Part shown: positions 38,119-50,770 of the stretch, one piece after another
How positions within the stretch are numbered: the stretch's first letter is position 1
How the letters are laid out: every line of letters begins with the position of its first letter
DNA from: Monocercomonoides exilis PA203
Taxonomy: Eukaryota > Protista > Preaxostyla
Assembly (NCBI GenBank): GCA_001643675.2
Contig: LSRY02000018.1
Location: 124,001 to 188,000 of the forward strand
Reading direction: 5' to 3'
DNA: 64,000 bases
Notes under the pieces: generated by a model
What the model saw: the letters and a program-made list of their open reading frames with translations, nothing else
The model's database searches: none
Told to the model about the DNA's origin: nothing
Translations under genes and position numbers: made by a program

Positions 38119-38924
38119 ATCCATTGAGAGAGCCAATTTCTTTAAAGTTATATTTTCAGCATCCTTTCCAAACAGTGTTGATGGGCACATTGACTGACAG
38201 AAGGCAAGAATCATTGATTAAAACGAGTCAAGGCTGAAAGAACGATTTGACACATTGAGAAGGAGACTTCTCAAGCAGAGTATTTTCAATTATTTGTGGA
38301 GATTTGAAGGAGTGATCAAAGAACAAACGATTGATATTTTTTTTTTTTTTTTGAGATTTTTGTTTATCTCATTTCATGTAATTCAAAAAAGAAAAAAGGG
38401 GAGTTTGATGTTGTGGATTGATTTGTTATGGTGTTTTGAGAAAAGTGTGTTTTCTTTGTTTCATTTTTCTTTTCTTCTTCTTCTTTTTGAAATGTTCCTC
38501 CAACCATTTGATTATTTTTGTGTGAATGCGATTTATTTGAGCATTTTGTTCAAAAGTGTTTTGTGACAACTATTTCTGTTTTTTTTTTTTTTCAGAAATC
38601 AAACAATATTTATTCCAACTGTTTCGTGGATTTTTATTCTTTGTTTTTTTGTGATTTTTAGAAATATAATCAAGAAATCAAAGAATTTTGGTGATGTTCC
38701 TCAAGCAAATTATTTGTATTGTTTGTGTGTTGAGTGAGAAGAAAAAGAAAAGAACACAAAAATCATTGAGTTGAAAGACAAAATACTCGTCCAGAAAGAT
38801 ATTTTGAGTTTTTCCATTTAAATTATAATTGATGAATGTTTCTGAAAGATTAATCAAAAAGCTTTATCTGTTCGTTTTGATGATATCAAAAAAACAATTT
38901 TAAAAAATAATACTGATTTGCTTA

Positions 38925-41900
38925 TGATGTGTGCAAAAACCCGAACATTTGCAAAAACCCGCACTCTTAGGATTTTTGGAAACATAATAAAATTTTGGTG
39001 TTAAGAAAAAGTTTTTTTTTTAATAAACACTTCAAAATATAAATGAATTTTTAATAAGAATAAAAATGCATTTATTATGATGGGAGTTATTCCACATTAA
39101 ATTTTCAAAAAGCCAAAAATATTGCAGAAATCAGTCAATTGAGAATATCCAAATTATTCAAATGCAAAAAGTGAAGACAGAAAATATGAATAATTCCCGA
39201 AAAGAACAATTTCGAAGAAACAGAGCAAATCGAATGGAATCTCGCTGTGAGATATCTGGTATTAATGGAAGGCCACGATATTCAACGAAGGAAGAAGAAG
39301 AGAAGCTAGTTCAAATTATATTAAATTGGCACAATATTTTGAAGCAGCCATCAATTAATGACATTCCTTTTTAAGTATGATTTTTTTATTTTGAAATTTG
39401 AAACTTATTTTCCAATCAAGGCAAGACAAATTCGAATCGAAAGATCTCCGGCCTCGACTGAATATATCGAAACACCAAGTCTGAGATGGGTTTACGATTT
39501 TTCATCAAGGCAAAAACAATTGCGCATGATAAATCCAGTTCGACTTGATCATGCACGCTTGAGAGCATCGTTAAAAGCAAATATACAGTCTTTTCTTTCT
39601 CATTTGCGAACTTTGATGCTGAAGAAAAAATATCATCCTTCGTTAATATTACAATTGGACGAAACAAGTTGTCAGTCCAACGGTTGTCATCATAATAAAA
39701 GAATTGCAAATGAGAAATGCAAATACTTGCCATGTTTGAAAACACATCCTTTTAATCATTCAACTCTTTTATTTATTGTGAGAGCTGATGGATATCATCT
39801 CCGCACTCATCTTCTTTTAAGTTCAAAATATGAAAAAGAAATAAACGAACAATGGAATGACGAATCGTTCGTATTGCATTCAACTCAAAAAGGATGGATG
39901 ACAAAAGAGCTATTTGAAAAAATAATGTTAGAACATGTTCTTCCTTTCATTCAAAAGCAAAGAAAAGTTGTTGAAAGAATTCAACAATATCAATTTGAAA
40001 TATGTCAAAAAAAATCTTGTGAATTGAAAACGAAAGAAAGAAGGATAGAAAAATGAGATCAGAAAATGAAAAAGAATGAAACAAGTGAAAAAACAACTCA
40101 ACAAATTTTTCAAGATGAGGACGATCATGAATCAATATTATTCCATTCATCAGCTGGATCAGAAGAATTTCCAATGGATAACTCAGATTCACCGACAAAA
40201 TCCCAGTGATCCAAAGATCAGTGCGATAATGAAAATAGCCACAAGGAATCCATTTGTATTGACAAACTGGAACTTTCAAATACAATGAATTAGGAAGGAG
40301 ATCGAATTCAAGCGTTGCAGCAACTGCAACAATCCGCATCTGACACTTCAAAAGAATTTTCAGAGTGCAAAAATTCTATTCGAATCAAAAAGAGTTTTCA
40401 GATACCATCAAATGGATTTCCTAAAGTTGATGTTGATGAAATTTCTAACTTTCGTGATGAAACTTATTTAAGTTCTTCTGATGAAAGAATGTTTCTAATT
40501 GAAGAAGATGATAATAGAGATAGGTGGATAAAGAATGACACTCAGATGCAAAAAGCAAACTTTACGAAAAAAGAAATTATTCAATACGAAAAAATATCCG
40601 AAGAAAAAATAAGCAATTCATCACCCTCTGCTTTAATAATTCTTGACGGACACTCTTCAAGACAAAATATCCAGCTGTGGAAAAAGTTTTCTGAAGAAAA
40701 CGTAGATGTCATTGTGCTACCAGCACACACATCCCATATCATTCAGCCACTTGATCTCGGACCTAATGCAGCACTAAAAAAGCAATTGAAAAATGTTCGA
40801 AATGAACCAAGTGTGAGCAAAATGAAAACAGAATTTTGACCTATTTTCCAAGCTATAGCAGATTGCTCTTATAATGCGATGTCCCCAAGAGTAATACGGC
40901 ATGGGTTCTACGAAGCTGCAATAACGTCTTCTCGAATATCTCACGTTCTGAGGCGCACTATGGATAACTTACCTTTCTGCATAAAACCGGCAAGACAGAC
41001 GAACCGATGGTCTATCTCTGGGAAACTAATAACATCAACAGCAGTTCTGAAGGAATGGCAAGCCTTTGAAGAGAAAAAGTCTATTTATGATGATGAAAGA
41101 GTTGAGAATATTCATAAAACAAATATTAAGCAAGAAACGATAAAAAATAAAAAGGAAAGACATTCATCTTCAAAAATAACTTCTTCTGATTCCAAGCTTT
41201 CAAACCTTACTGCTAATGAGAATACTGGTGACAATACTGACACTGACGATATCTCATGTTCAACAGATTTCGAATCAGATCCAACTGATTCACAAGAAGG
41301 GGAAGAAAATATTTTGGTCGTTCGTGTTTTCAGAAGAAAAAACAAACAGAAAAGACTGATTCTGCGCCGGTCAGATTATTTGGATGAACCTGATGGTCGA
41401 AAACAAGTGACTGATTTATCGAGTTCTTCTAATTATTCTGAAGATGAATCTTCAGAGACTGATCATCATTCCGACAGATTAAATAAATCGAAAGAAAAGA
41501 GAAAAAGAGATCTTGACAGCAGTGAATACATAGAAGATGATCTTTCATTAAGCAACGAAGAAGAAGATTCGGATGAAAAAAAAATTGTCCAAAAAATATT
41601 CCATGAGATCAGAAAAATGTTTGCCCAAAAGATTATCTGAGCATTATGTTCTTTTCACGGATTCTGATGAAAGTGAGTTCAATCCAAAGAAATGATTTGT
41701 GAGAAACAATCAATCGAAAAAAGTTGAAAAACATATCAAACCTTTTCAATCTATTCATATCAAATATTAATTATTCAAGAAATTACTATTCAATTTGATT
41801 GTCAAACATTTTGTTAATGGCGTTGTTTCCAACTACAAGTTTCAATAATTCTTGATAAAGAATCAGGATAACTCTATATTTTCTTAAAAAGCAAGGATAA

Positions 41901-43149
41901 GCATTTTTAATGAAAAGAAACAATAATTTTCAGAAAAAAGAAAAAAATTAAAACATTTTTGAAAAAAGATAAACATAAGAGAAAAACAATTCATTTCATT
42001 TTCAAATTTAAAAATGAATCGCATAATAGAAAAGGCACATAAGTTTCAGACAAAGAAAATAAGTGATCAACAAACCTGCGAAAAAAAATAAACTTTTTTC
42101 ATTTTAAAACTTGTGGGAATAAATTTACTATCAATGGTCGTGCTATTGTCTATGAAAAGAACAAAATATTGTTTTATTGATATCAAAATAAAAATAAAAC
42201 ACAAAGAACAAACCACAAAAAGGTAATTCTTTAAAGAATGCGAACTTTTGAACAGTTTTTAACAACACTTACCGACGAAAAAAAGTTAGAAACTGCATTT
42301 CCTGAATTCATAAAAAGTCTTTCATGGAAATTGGAACACATTGCGTTTTCAAATCATTTGAAATCGAAAATTTTGATTGAAATAGAACAAAATGCAGAAT
42401 TGAACATCCTCCGTGAAAATCTTTAAAATAATATATCTATAAGACATACCACTTGATAATTATTGAATTGTTTAACTATTACTTCAAAGTTGAATAATTT
42501 ATGAAACATTGTTGGATTGAAAAAAATTTTATAATGGGTTTGGAACCCATTATTTTGATAGAAAACAATGTGATGATCGTTATTATGATAAATCCGCAAA
42601 TTCATTTCCATTTGAAGAAATAATGCAATAATGGTGTTCTTTTGAATCTCATTTATTTCATCTTCTGACTTTTTTCATATTTTTTTCATTTTAATAAGAA
42701 AATAACATAATTGTTTTTATTTTCCGATTTTTTTCATGTTATTGAAGTAATTTTCAATGTTTCGCCGTAAGAATTTATTAATATTTTCAGTTAATTCTTT
42801 GGCATTTTATTATTTAAGAAAAGATTTCAATTTTTCTGTTTTTTTTCACATCACGAGATTGAAAGATGTCAAAGACAATAATTCTAAAAACGTTGAGTAA
42901 TATTTGTTGCAAACAAAAAAAGAATGAAATCATTGAAAGATAACATCAAAATAAAAATGAGAAATGTCAAAATTTTTCTTAAACTGAAAATTGTACCAGA
43001 ATAGTTAATTTTCAAGAATAAAAATGAATTTTTGAAATCGACATTAAGTTTTAACAAAATTAACATCATTTGATCAATTTTCATCATCTTTCAAATTATT
43101 CAAGATGACATGTGCGGGTTTTTGCAACTGTTCGGGTTTTCCACCATAC
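38925..43149 (+). mobile_element. Second pogo-like transposon family, ~4.2 kb
   Basis: Inverted repeat AAAACCCGAACA(T/G)TTGCAAAAACCCGCAC at 38936-38964 and 43112-43140 (28/29). The outermost ~10 bp are diverged, so the exact ends are approximate. Confidence 0.8.
39162..41640 (+). pseudogene. DDE_1 (DD35D) transposase pseudogene with five in-frame stops
   Basis: GRP-HTH exon, intron 39375-39420, then LDETS, KGWMT, ILDGHSS and QPLD in one frame. Stops at 39372, 40054, 40207, 40291 and 40837. Confidence 0.85.
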
Positions 43150-43394
43150 TATTAAACATTATTAAAAGGTTTTGTGAATTCTTGTATTACTTGTTGAGGA
43201 AAAGCTATGTTTTTTGAAATTTCAATTCAATATTCTTTGTCAAAGATTTTAACTTCTCTTCATGCATTCATGAATTTCATTTAAATAAACAAAAGTTTTG
43301 AGAACTTCGATATAATGCCATAATGAATGAATTTTTGAATCAACATTGGAATTTTTATTTCGTTTTCATATTTGTCATCGATGTGCATTATATA

Positions 43395-44405
43395 GGGCTA
43401 TGATTTTATCTTGACCTTTTTTCTTTATCAAGACTCTTTTCTTTTTTGCCCTGACAACAGCTACAAGCAAGCTTGTTTAAAATACAAAATAACCAGAAAT
43501 GTTTAAATTGTTTTTATTTTCTTTTTTTGTATTTTTTTTTCAGTATTTCATATTTGACAAAAAGATCGAGGATAATAATAATTTCATGTTTTGATCATTG
43601 GCTAGCCGCTTTTCCAGCGAATATTTTTTATTAGAAGTTTTAAGCTATCATATCATAATACATCGTTTCTTTTTTATAAGTTGAACCTGTTTAAAACTTT
43701 CTCAACTTGTTTTTTTAACACTTTTTCTCATTTCATCCATTTTTTTAAAAAACACGATTTCAGAGACATGCATCCATTTGTTTTAAAATTTAATGAAATG
43801 AAATAAAAACAAATTTGAAATGAAATTATATCTCAAAGAAAAAACAACAAAATATTTGTTTAGGAGGAACAATTTTCAGATCAAAATTTTCATATGTTCT
43901 ACCATTTCGCTTCAAATTCTTGTTCAATTCTTTTTCTTTTCAGAATTAAATAAAAATATACAATAAATAACACCTTGTTTTTATTTTTTATGTGCTTTAA
44001 AATTTACACAAATTCATATTTGTTCCGAAAATCGTGTTTTAAGCAAAATCAGTGAAATGAGAAAAAAAGGTTAAAAATTAAAATTGAAAATCTTGAAAAC
44101 AAGTAAAAATAATAATATGGGAATGTGGAATGCTGATGTTGTGGCTTAAAACGTTCGGTATGAAATATTGGCTTCACAGCCAGCAAGTCTTTGATCTGGG
44201 TCCTTAAATAATAAAAATTTTGAATAATTTTTTGAACATAAAAATATCAAAAAAAATTTTAACAGAATTCTGAAAAACAAAAATATCAAGAAGTCTATTT
44301 ATTTTGTTTTTGTTTTTAGCCTTTTCACAAATCAAAAAAGCAAAAATTAGTTTCAAAAAAACAGGGTTGAGATAAAATTTTGTGGTCAAAATAAAATATG
44401 CACCC
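43395..44405. mobile_element. Non-autonomous foldback element with pogo-type TIRs
   Basis: Ends are TA|GGGCTATGATTTTATCTTGACC ... GGTCAAAATAAAATATGCACCC|TA, similar to the TIR of 22751-24776. Internal imperfect inverted blocks such as aaaacacgattt/aaatcgtgtttt and tttttctcatttca/tgaaatgagaaaaa. No ORF. Confidence 0.75.
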
Positions 44406-44833
44406 TAATTCAGTGTTTTTGATTTTTTTCATATTTCCCTAAAATTTTCAAACATTATTTTGCTATTGAAATCAAACTGAATGAAGTCATTTTTCCGAAA
44501 TCAATTTTTTTTTTATTCCTTGAATCAGATAATTTTATGAGATTCACCAAATATAACACAAAATCGAAAAAAATAATTCAAATTCGGAATTTATTAATTC
44601 GATTTCCAAAAAGATAAATACGATTTCGAAACTCATTAAAAACAGAAAATAAAAATATTATTTGGGGATGGATTAAGGAAAATGTCAAGTTATTGTTTGA
44701 CTAATTGGACATCATTACAAAGAAAATTGTTTTTTTTTTCATAGAAATATCAAACTAATCAATATTTCAAAGTTTTCTTGGATTCAAAATCTCATCATTT
44801 ATAGCGAATTAACTTTTTTATAGGAAAAATATG

Positions 44834-45043
44834 TGGCTGAACCTTTTTTGAAATCATTCTTTCGTTCGAGTTTTGATCAAATTATTAATCTCAATGGGAT
44901 TTTGAAAAAAATGAACTTCTACGGGGCAAACATTCTGCATTTGATAATGTTTTTAAGAATAATTAATCTTTTTCAAAATCCCATTGAAATATAAATCTTG
45001 ATCTTAACTCGAACGAATGTTAGATTTCAAAAAGGATCAGCCA
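44834..45043. mobile_element. ~210-bp hairpin MITE
   Basis: Paired blocks tggctga/tcagcca, tttttgaaatc/gatttcaaaaa, ttcgttcgagtt/aactcgaacgaa and tcaatgggattttgaaaaa/tttttcaaaatcccattga. Confidence 0.7.
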
Positions 45044-45373
45044 TATTTTTGAATAACCTAATGAAAAGATCAGAATTTTGATCACATTTTTTGAATAACA
45101 ATACAAGAATTCTTTTTATCCAATAAGTTTTCGTTTCTTTGGTGATAATAAACAAAGCCCCATTTTTTTCAATATGAAAATAAATTTTTTCCTTTTCGAA
45201 TTCAATTCAAATAAAAAAATTTTTTTATCAAAATGAAAGAATTTTTTTACAAAATAAAAATGCACTGTTTTTCAAATATTGAGAAACAAAAAGCACAAAT
45301 GAAATAAAAATAAAGAGAATGTTTACAGCAAAACATAAGTTATTTATTCAACAAATCAAAAAATTTTTCTTTT

Positions 45374-45633
45374 GTGTGATCATAATTGAGATCATATTTT
45401 TTCGTTCAAAAATTTCGGTTCAATAATTTCGTTTTGAATTTTTGTTTTTAAACTCAGATATGTGATAACTCTATATGAAGAATATCTCTTTCAAATATTT
45501 GCATCAACTGCTGGTTTTTAAAAACGATTGAAAAACATTGACATTTGATGGTTAATTATTTTGCTAATGAAATTGAGTTTTCAAATATAAAACTATACCC
45601 CAGAAAAAGTTATGATTACAAAAATAATCACCC
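45374..45633 (+). mobile_element. Diverged copy of the GGGTGAT MITE (~260 bp)
   Basis: Shares tcaaaaatttcggttc and aaaaagttatgatt.caaaaataatcaccc|at with 18282-18538. Confidence 0.7.
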
Positions 45634-46722
45634 ATTTCAAAATTGAATTAATCTTTTTCGAAATCGAATTATTTTTTTTCGATTTTGAATTATTAATTCC
45701 TCATTTGAATTATTTTTTTCAGAAAATGAATTACAATTTTTCGAAATAGAATCATTTTTGGTGTATTATTTATGATCTTAAAACCTGCTAATTTTGAAAG
45801 ACAAGAACAAAATTTTCAAATGGTTAATATCATCAATTACGAAATAAAAGTTTTTCAATTGAACTTTTAAATATTTGTAAATGATTTTTTTATAAGATGA
45901 AACAATTTGTGTGTATATATCAATTTTTGAAAAGGATAGAAATATATTCTAATATTCATTTTTCTATTTGTTTGGTTCATTTTGAACGCACTGACTTTTT
46001 CTGTTAATGACAACAAATCAAGAACAAAGTCAATCACAAAAAACATGGGGGAAAATACAGTCTTTCAAGATTTTTATGCACAAGGCATTGAAAAATTGCT
46101 TTTCTCAAAGCTTTATTTCTTTTTCTCAGATTTTGAAATAAATTTGATTTTCATATCTGCAAACAGGCATCGTTGAAATCAAAACATATAGTGTTGTGAT
46201 ATTTGATGGATGTCAAAAAATGGACCCATTTTTATTGTGTTTTTTTGACATAAAAAAGTTCATCTGTTGTGCATAATTTTTCAATGAAAATGCCTGAAAC
46301 TTTATATTTTGCCCCACATCCAGATGTTTTGATTGGTTAATTTATGACTAATTCTTTTCAAGCTTTCACTTTCCTATTCGAAGTTATTCTCCTTTAAAGA
46401 AAACATCAATTGTTGAACGGTGTTGAATTGTTGTCTGTAAATTAGTATTATGTGAATAGAAAACAAATATTTCGAAAAGGAATGAATGAAAAATAATATT
46501 TTCGATTTGTATTTTAAAGAAATGGAAATGAATTGAACAATTATTCAGTTGTTGAAATTCTGCAAATAAACAAATATATTTAGTTCAACAGCTTAATAAA
46601 ATTAAAAAAAAAATTGTTGAAGAGAATTCCTTTGCAATTTTGAAAACAATATTTCATTTGCAAAAGTGGTGACAAACACAGCTCATTGAAATATTTCAGA
46701 GGATAATATGGCTAATTTATTC

Positions 46723-46938
46723 TTGAAAACTTCCTTTTGTAAAATTTTTAAATAAAATAAATATTTCATATTTTCATCAAATTTCTGTACCCACTTTAGC
46801 TGCTTTTCTCAAAGTGAAATAATAACATTTTTAAGGTTCTGTTTCCATTTCAGTGAAGTTTTGAAAGTGGGAACAGAAATTTGATGAAAATATGAAATAT
46901 TTATTTTATTTGAAAATGAAACAAAAGGAAGTTTTCAA
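46723..46938. repeat. Inverted repeat with 75-bp arms and a 66-bp spacer (MITE-like)
   Basis: 46723-46797 is the near-perfect reverse complement of 46864-46938. Confidence 0.8.
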
Positions 46939-47616
46939 AAAAAAAAAAAAAAATAAGATATATGGATTTTAAATTTTTTTTCTCAATTCTATTGAAAGCT
47001 CTTCAGCAAATGTGTTCAAAATGTTGGACAGAGATTCATATAAATCGACATTTTCTAATCTGTTTGATAATTTTGTTGATGGAATGATATTCAGTCTCAA
47101 CTGAATATTATCACATCGTATATTATCAACATCGTTCATAGTCACATTTTTCCATACACGGACATTTTTTGCTTGTTTTTCATTCATTTTTCATCGCATA
47201 TAATCACAGTGATGAAAATATATAATCACATTTTACATTATAATGGGTGATTTTTTCAATGAATAATCGATTTTTTGATCAAAAATTCCGATTTTTCGCT
47301 TTTTCAAAAATGTGCTCAAATAAGTCAAAATAATATGTATCTATGAAAAAAATTGTTCAAGCAAGTGAAAATAATGTGTTTGTGTAGAATTTTTGAAAAT
47401 GAAAAAATCGACACAAATTTTATTTATAAATTAATTAATTTTTATTTTTTTCTGTGTAAAGTCTCATCGTGTATAATCACAATCGGATATAGTCACAAAA
47501 AGTTGTGCAAAAACCGATGTGATTATATCCGGTTTAGACTGAGAAATAAAAATACATCAAATGCGTTTCGAAAAATTATTATATTATTCTATTGGATTTT
47601 TTGATCAAAATAGATA

Positions 47617-48596
47617 CACCAAAAATTATTCAAAGTCGAAAAACTTTCAACCAAAGTCGAAAAACTTTCAAACGAAATCGAAAATTATTATTCAAAGTCG
47701 GAAAACTTTCATTCGAAGTCGAAAGTTTTCATTCGAGGTCGAAAAAGTTTCATTCAAAGTCGAAAATTATTATTCAAAGTCGAAAAAGTTGCAAACGAAA
47801 TCGAAAAACTTTCAATCGAAATCGAAAAACTTTCAAACAAAGTCGAAAGTTCGAAAAACTTCAAATAGAAAGATAAGTTGGCAAAAATCAATAAAAATCA
47901 AAATTCATTTTTTTTATTAAAATATCAACTGTGCTTGTTATTTTAATGATTTTTCATCTCTTTTTCATACATATTTTTGTGCTTCCTTTGTCCAATTGCA
48001 AATTTGAAAAACATAAGAGGAATTTAAACATATTTTTGTCTCATATCAATTGAAAGCACACTTCTTCACAGAAAATTTGCAAAAGAAGATTATTGTTTTT
48101 TTAACCAATTATATGGAGAATGAAGAATACAGTTTTGAATCTCTTTTTTCGTGTTCTTTCATAACAAAAAACTCATTTCTAATTGAAGGAAACTAATGTC
48201 AAAAATATTGTTTCGAGTTAATTTTTGAGTTTATTTTGGTTCAAAATCTTCATCTTTTGCAGAAATCAACAACGCAAACATTGTTGATGATATTTCCAAA
48301 AACAAATAAATATTATTATCTTTTGTTGAATACTTTTTATTTAATGTTTATGTTTTTTGGAAATTTTCGATTTCGATTGAAAGTTTTTCGATTTCGTTTG
48401 CAACTTTTTCGACTTTGAATAATAATTTTCGACTTTGAATGAAACTTTTTCGACCTCGAATGAAAACTTTCGACTTCGAATGAAAGTTTTCCGACTTTGA
48501 ATAATAATTTTCGATTTCGTTTGAAAGTTTTTCGACTTTGGTTGAAAGTTTTTCGATTTTGATTGAAAGTTTTTCGACTTTGAATTATTTTTGGTG
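47617..48596. mobile_element. 980-bp foldback element with modular TIRs built from 20-21-bp tandem units; TA TSD
   Basis: Ends are TA|CACCAAAAAT ... ATTTTTGGTG|TA. Arms ~47617-47860 and ~48362-48596 are arrays of caaagTCGAaaaactttcaa-like units in mirror order. Confidence 0.88.
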
Positions 48597-50479
48597 TAAT
48601 TCGGTCAACAATAAAATTTCTTGGAAATGATTGAATGGTCGAAACTTGTCCTGCATCATTAACGCAATACAGCGCATTTTGAAAAAGAAGGATATCTTCG
48701 AATCATGACAGAAAAAACAAATACGAAGTATTCTATAGAATTTTGTTTCTTTCTTTGTCTTTCATCGCTGTTGTCCGAATCATTTGTTTTATCCTCTTTA
48801 AAACTTGATAATGATATGTGGGAAAATATTAAGCTTCAGGCATATTCATTGAAAAATTATGCACTTTTCATTGACTATTTCATATCAAAAAACACAATAA
48901 AAATGGGTCATTTATTTGACATTCGTGAAATATTGGAAAACTTAATGTTATTATATCAATGATGTTTGTTCACAGATTTGAAAATCAAATTTATTTTGAA
49001 ATCTGGTAAAGTTAAAAAATGTTATAAGTGAAACAAATTTTTCATGCTTTGTGCATAAAAAGCATGAAAGTCCATATATTCCCCCATATGTGAGATTGTT
49101 TTTATCCAAATCATTTGTTCACAAAAAATCAGTAATTTTGAATGAACTTTTTTCCTTCAAAAAATGGGTAATAAGTTGTTTTAATCAATATTGAAATATC
49201 CACATTTCACGTCATTATCACCACATTCAAAATATCAGAAAAACATGAAAAACAGAATGATGTCATCATAACAAGAAGACTGTTTCCAAAGAAAGAGAGA
49301 TTGGTGATATGTCATTTCATTCAAAAAATAAAGCAAATTTATTTGTCAGTCACATGGGGAATAAAACCATCTAAATTCACATTGAATAAAATTCAAACTA
49401 TTATTTCAATGACAACAAAAATTTTGACATTATTTATATTTTTGATGATTTGGATATTTGATCGTGTTCATCAGAGTGGAAATGAAAATATGGGTGATTT
49501 TTTTTGATATCATAAAAAATTCCTACGTTTGATCATAAAAAATTTTCATTAAGGGCAGGGTTGAATCGAAAATATTTTTGAAAAATAATGCGAAAATATA
49601 CATTAATATATTGCTAACATAATTTATTTGTTCATTTAAATTTGTTTACAATTGTTTTTATTTCAAATTTTGAAAAAAATATAAAAATTTTATTGGAAAA
49701 CATCGATAATTCAATAAACGCAACAAAACAAAAGTTTACTTATTTTTCAAACATGTCAACAATAATCACAATACATAATCAATCAATTTTTTAAATAAAA
49801 ACTTGTTTTTTGAGTTATAACAAAAATATTTTAAAATTGATTAACAGATCATAAAACTTTTGTTAATAACAATCAATATTCAATAATAAACATTGAAAAA
49901 GAAAATAGAAACTCAAGATATTTATCAAATATGTAATTGTTGATTGTTAATTTTTGTTTAAAACCTTTTAATACTTAAAAAAAGTTATCTTGATAAATTG
50001 ACCAAAGTTATTTGAAAAAAATTACAGAGTTAGAATTCAAAAAATGAAAAGAAAATACAAAAAAATCTGTTTCAGATACTTCAAAATATATTGATGAACA
50101 GCCGCCTTTATTTCTTAACTATTATCCACTTCTGAGGTATCGCCTTCCTTTTTCGCTGAATCCATCTTTCATTGTTTCTCTTTCATCTGATCTGCTTTTG
50201 GCTCGCTGCTCCTTTTCAAAACGAACTTCCCTATCAAACCTTTCATATGTGACTGCGGAGGCAGCATATCTCTCATATTCTTTTCCTCTTTTCTCGCTGG
50301 CGTTGCCCTCTGGATCACCTGCCCCATGCTCCAAATAGCCTTCAATGTGGACATTGCTATTATTTCCATCATCTTTGGTTGAGGGACTGAGAGGTTTTTT
50401 CGTTTGATGGGAGAAAATTTGACATTGATTGTTCTAACGAGGCGTTTGCATTTTGCACCTTAAGATAATCAGAACAACA

Positions 50480-50770
50480 CGTGCAGGCTTGTATTTTCAC
50501 TTGGAACATCTGCAGCTGCACAATTGAAGGAGGCATCAACCTGGTTGTTTTCTTCATCAGCCCTGCTGACGCACCTACCATCCCACTCTCCGTCATCAAA
50601 CTCCGCTTCGCCTTCAATGACGCCTTCCTCGGAAAGGATCTCTTTCTCCGATGCTCCTCCATCAACGCCCAGATCAACGAGTGACCCTTTTCCCTCAACT
50701 TCACCCAGCCCTCTATCACCATCAACACCTCCATCTGCGGCTCAGACTCTTCCCATTCCAATCCCACCTC
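50480..50770 (+). pseudogene. Relic of a beta-helix surface-protein gene
   Basis: LRFAFNDAFLGKDLFLRCSSINAQINE*PFSLNF aligns by eye with MKFSSNTARVGNDIFIECFNISSQINENKFQFDL in ORF 33001..38118. Confidence 0.5.

Larger units (their letters stand above)
44545..45763. mobile_element. Degenerate CACCAAA...TTTGGTG foldback element with nested MITEs
   Basis: Termini resemble those of 47617-48596, with decayed TCGA-containing repeats in both arms. Confidence 0.45.

Noticed and set aside
47561-47920. Repeat-protein ORFs 47561..47920 and 47592..47876
   Set aside because: By-products of the 21-bp tandem units in the foldback arm.
47617-48596. CRISPR-like array
   Set aside because: The units are contiguous with no unique spacers, are mirrored as TIRs, and have no cas genes nearby; the context is eukaryotic.
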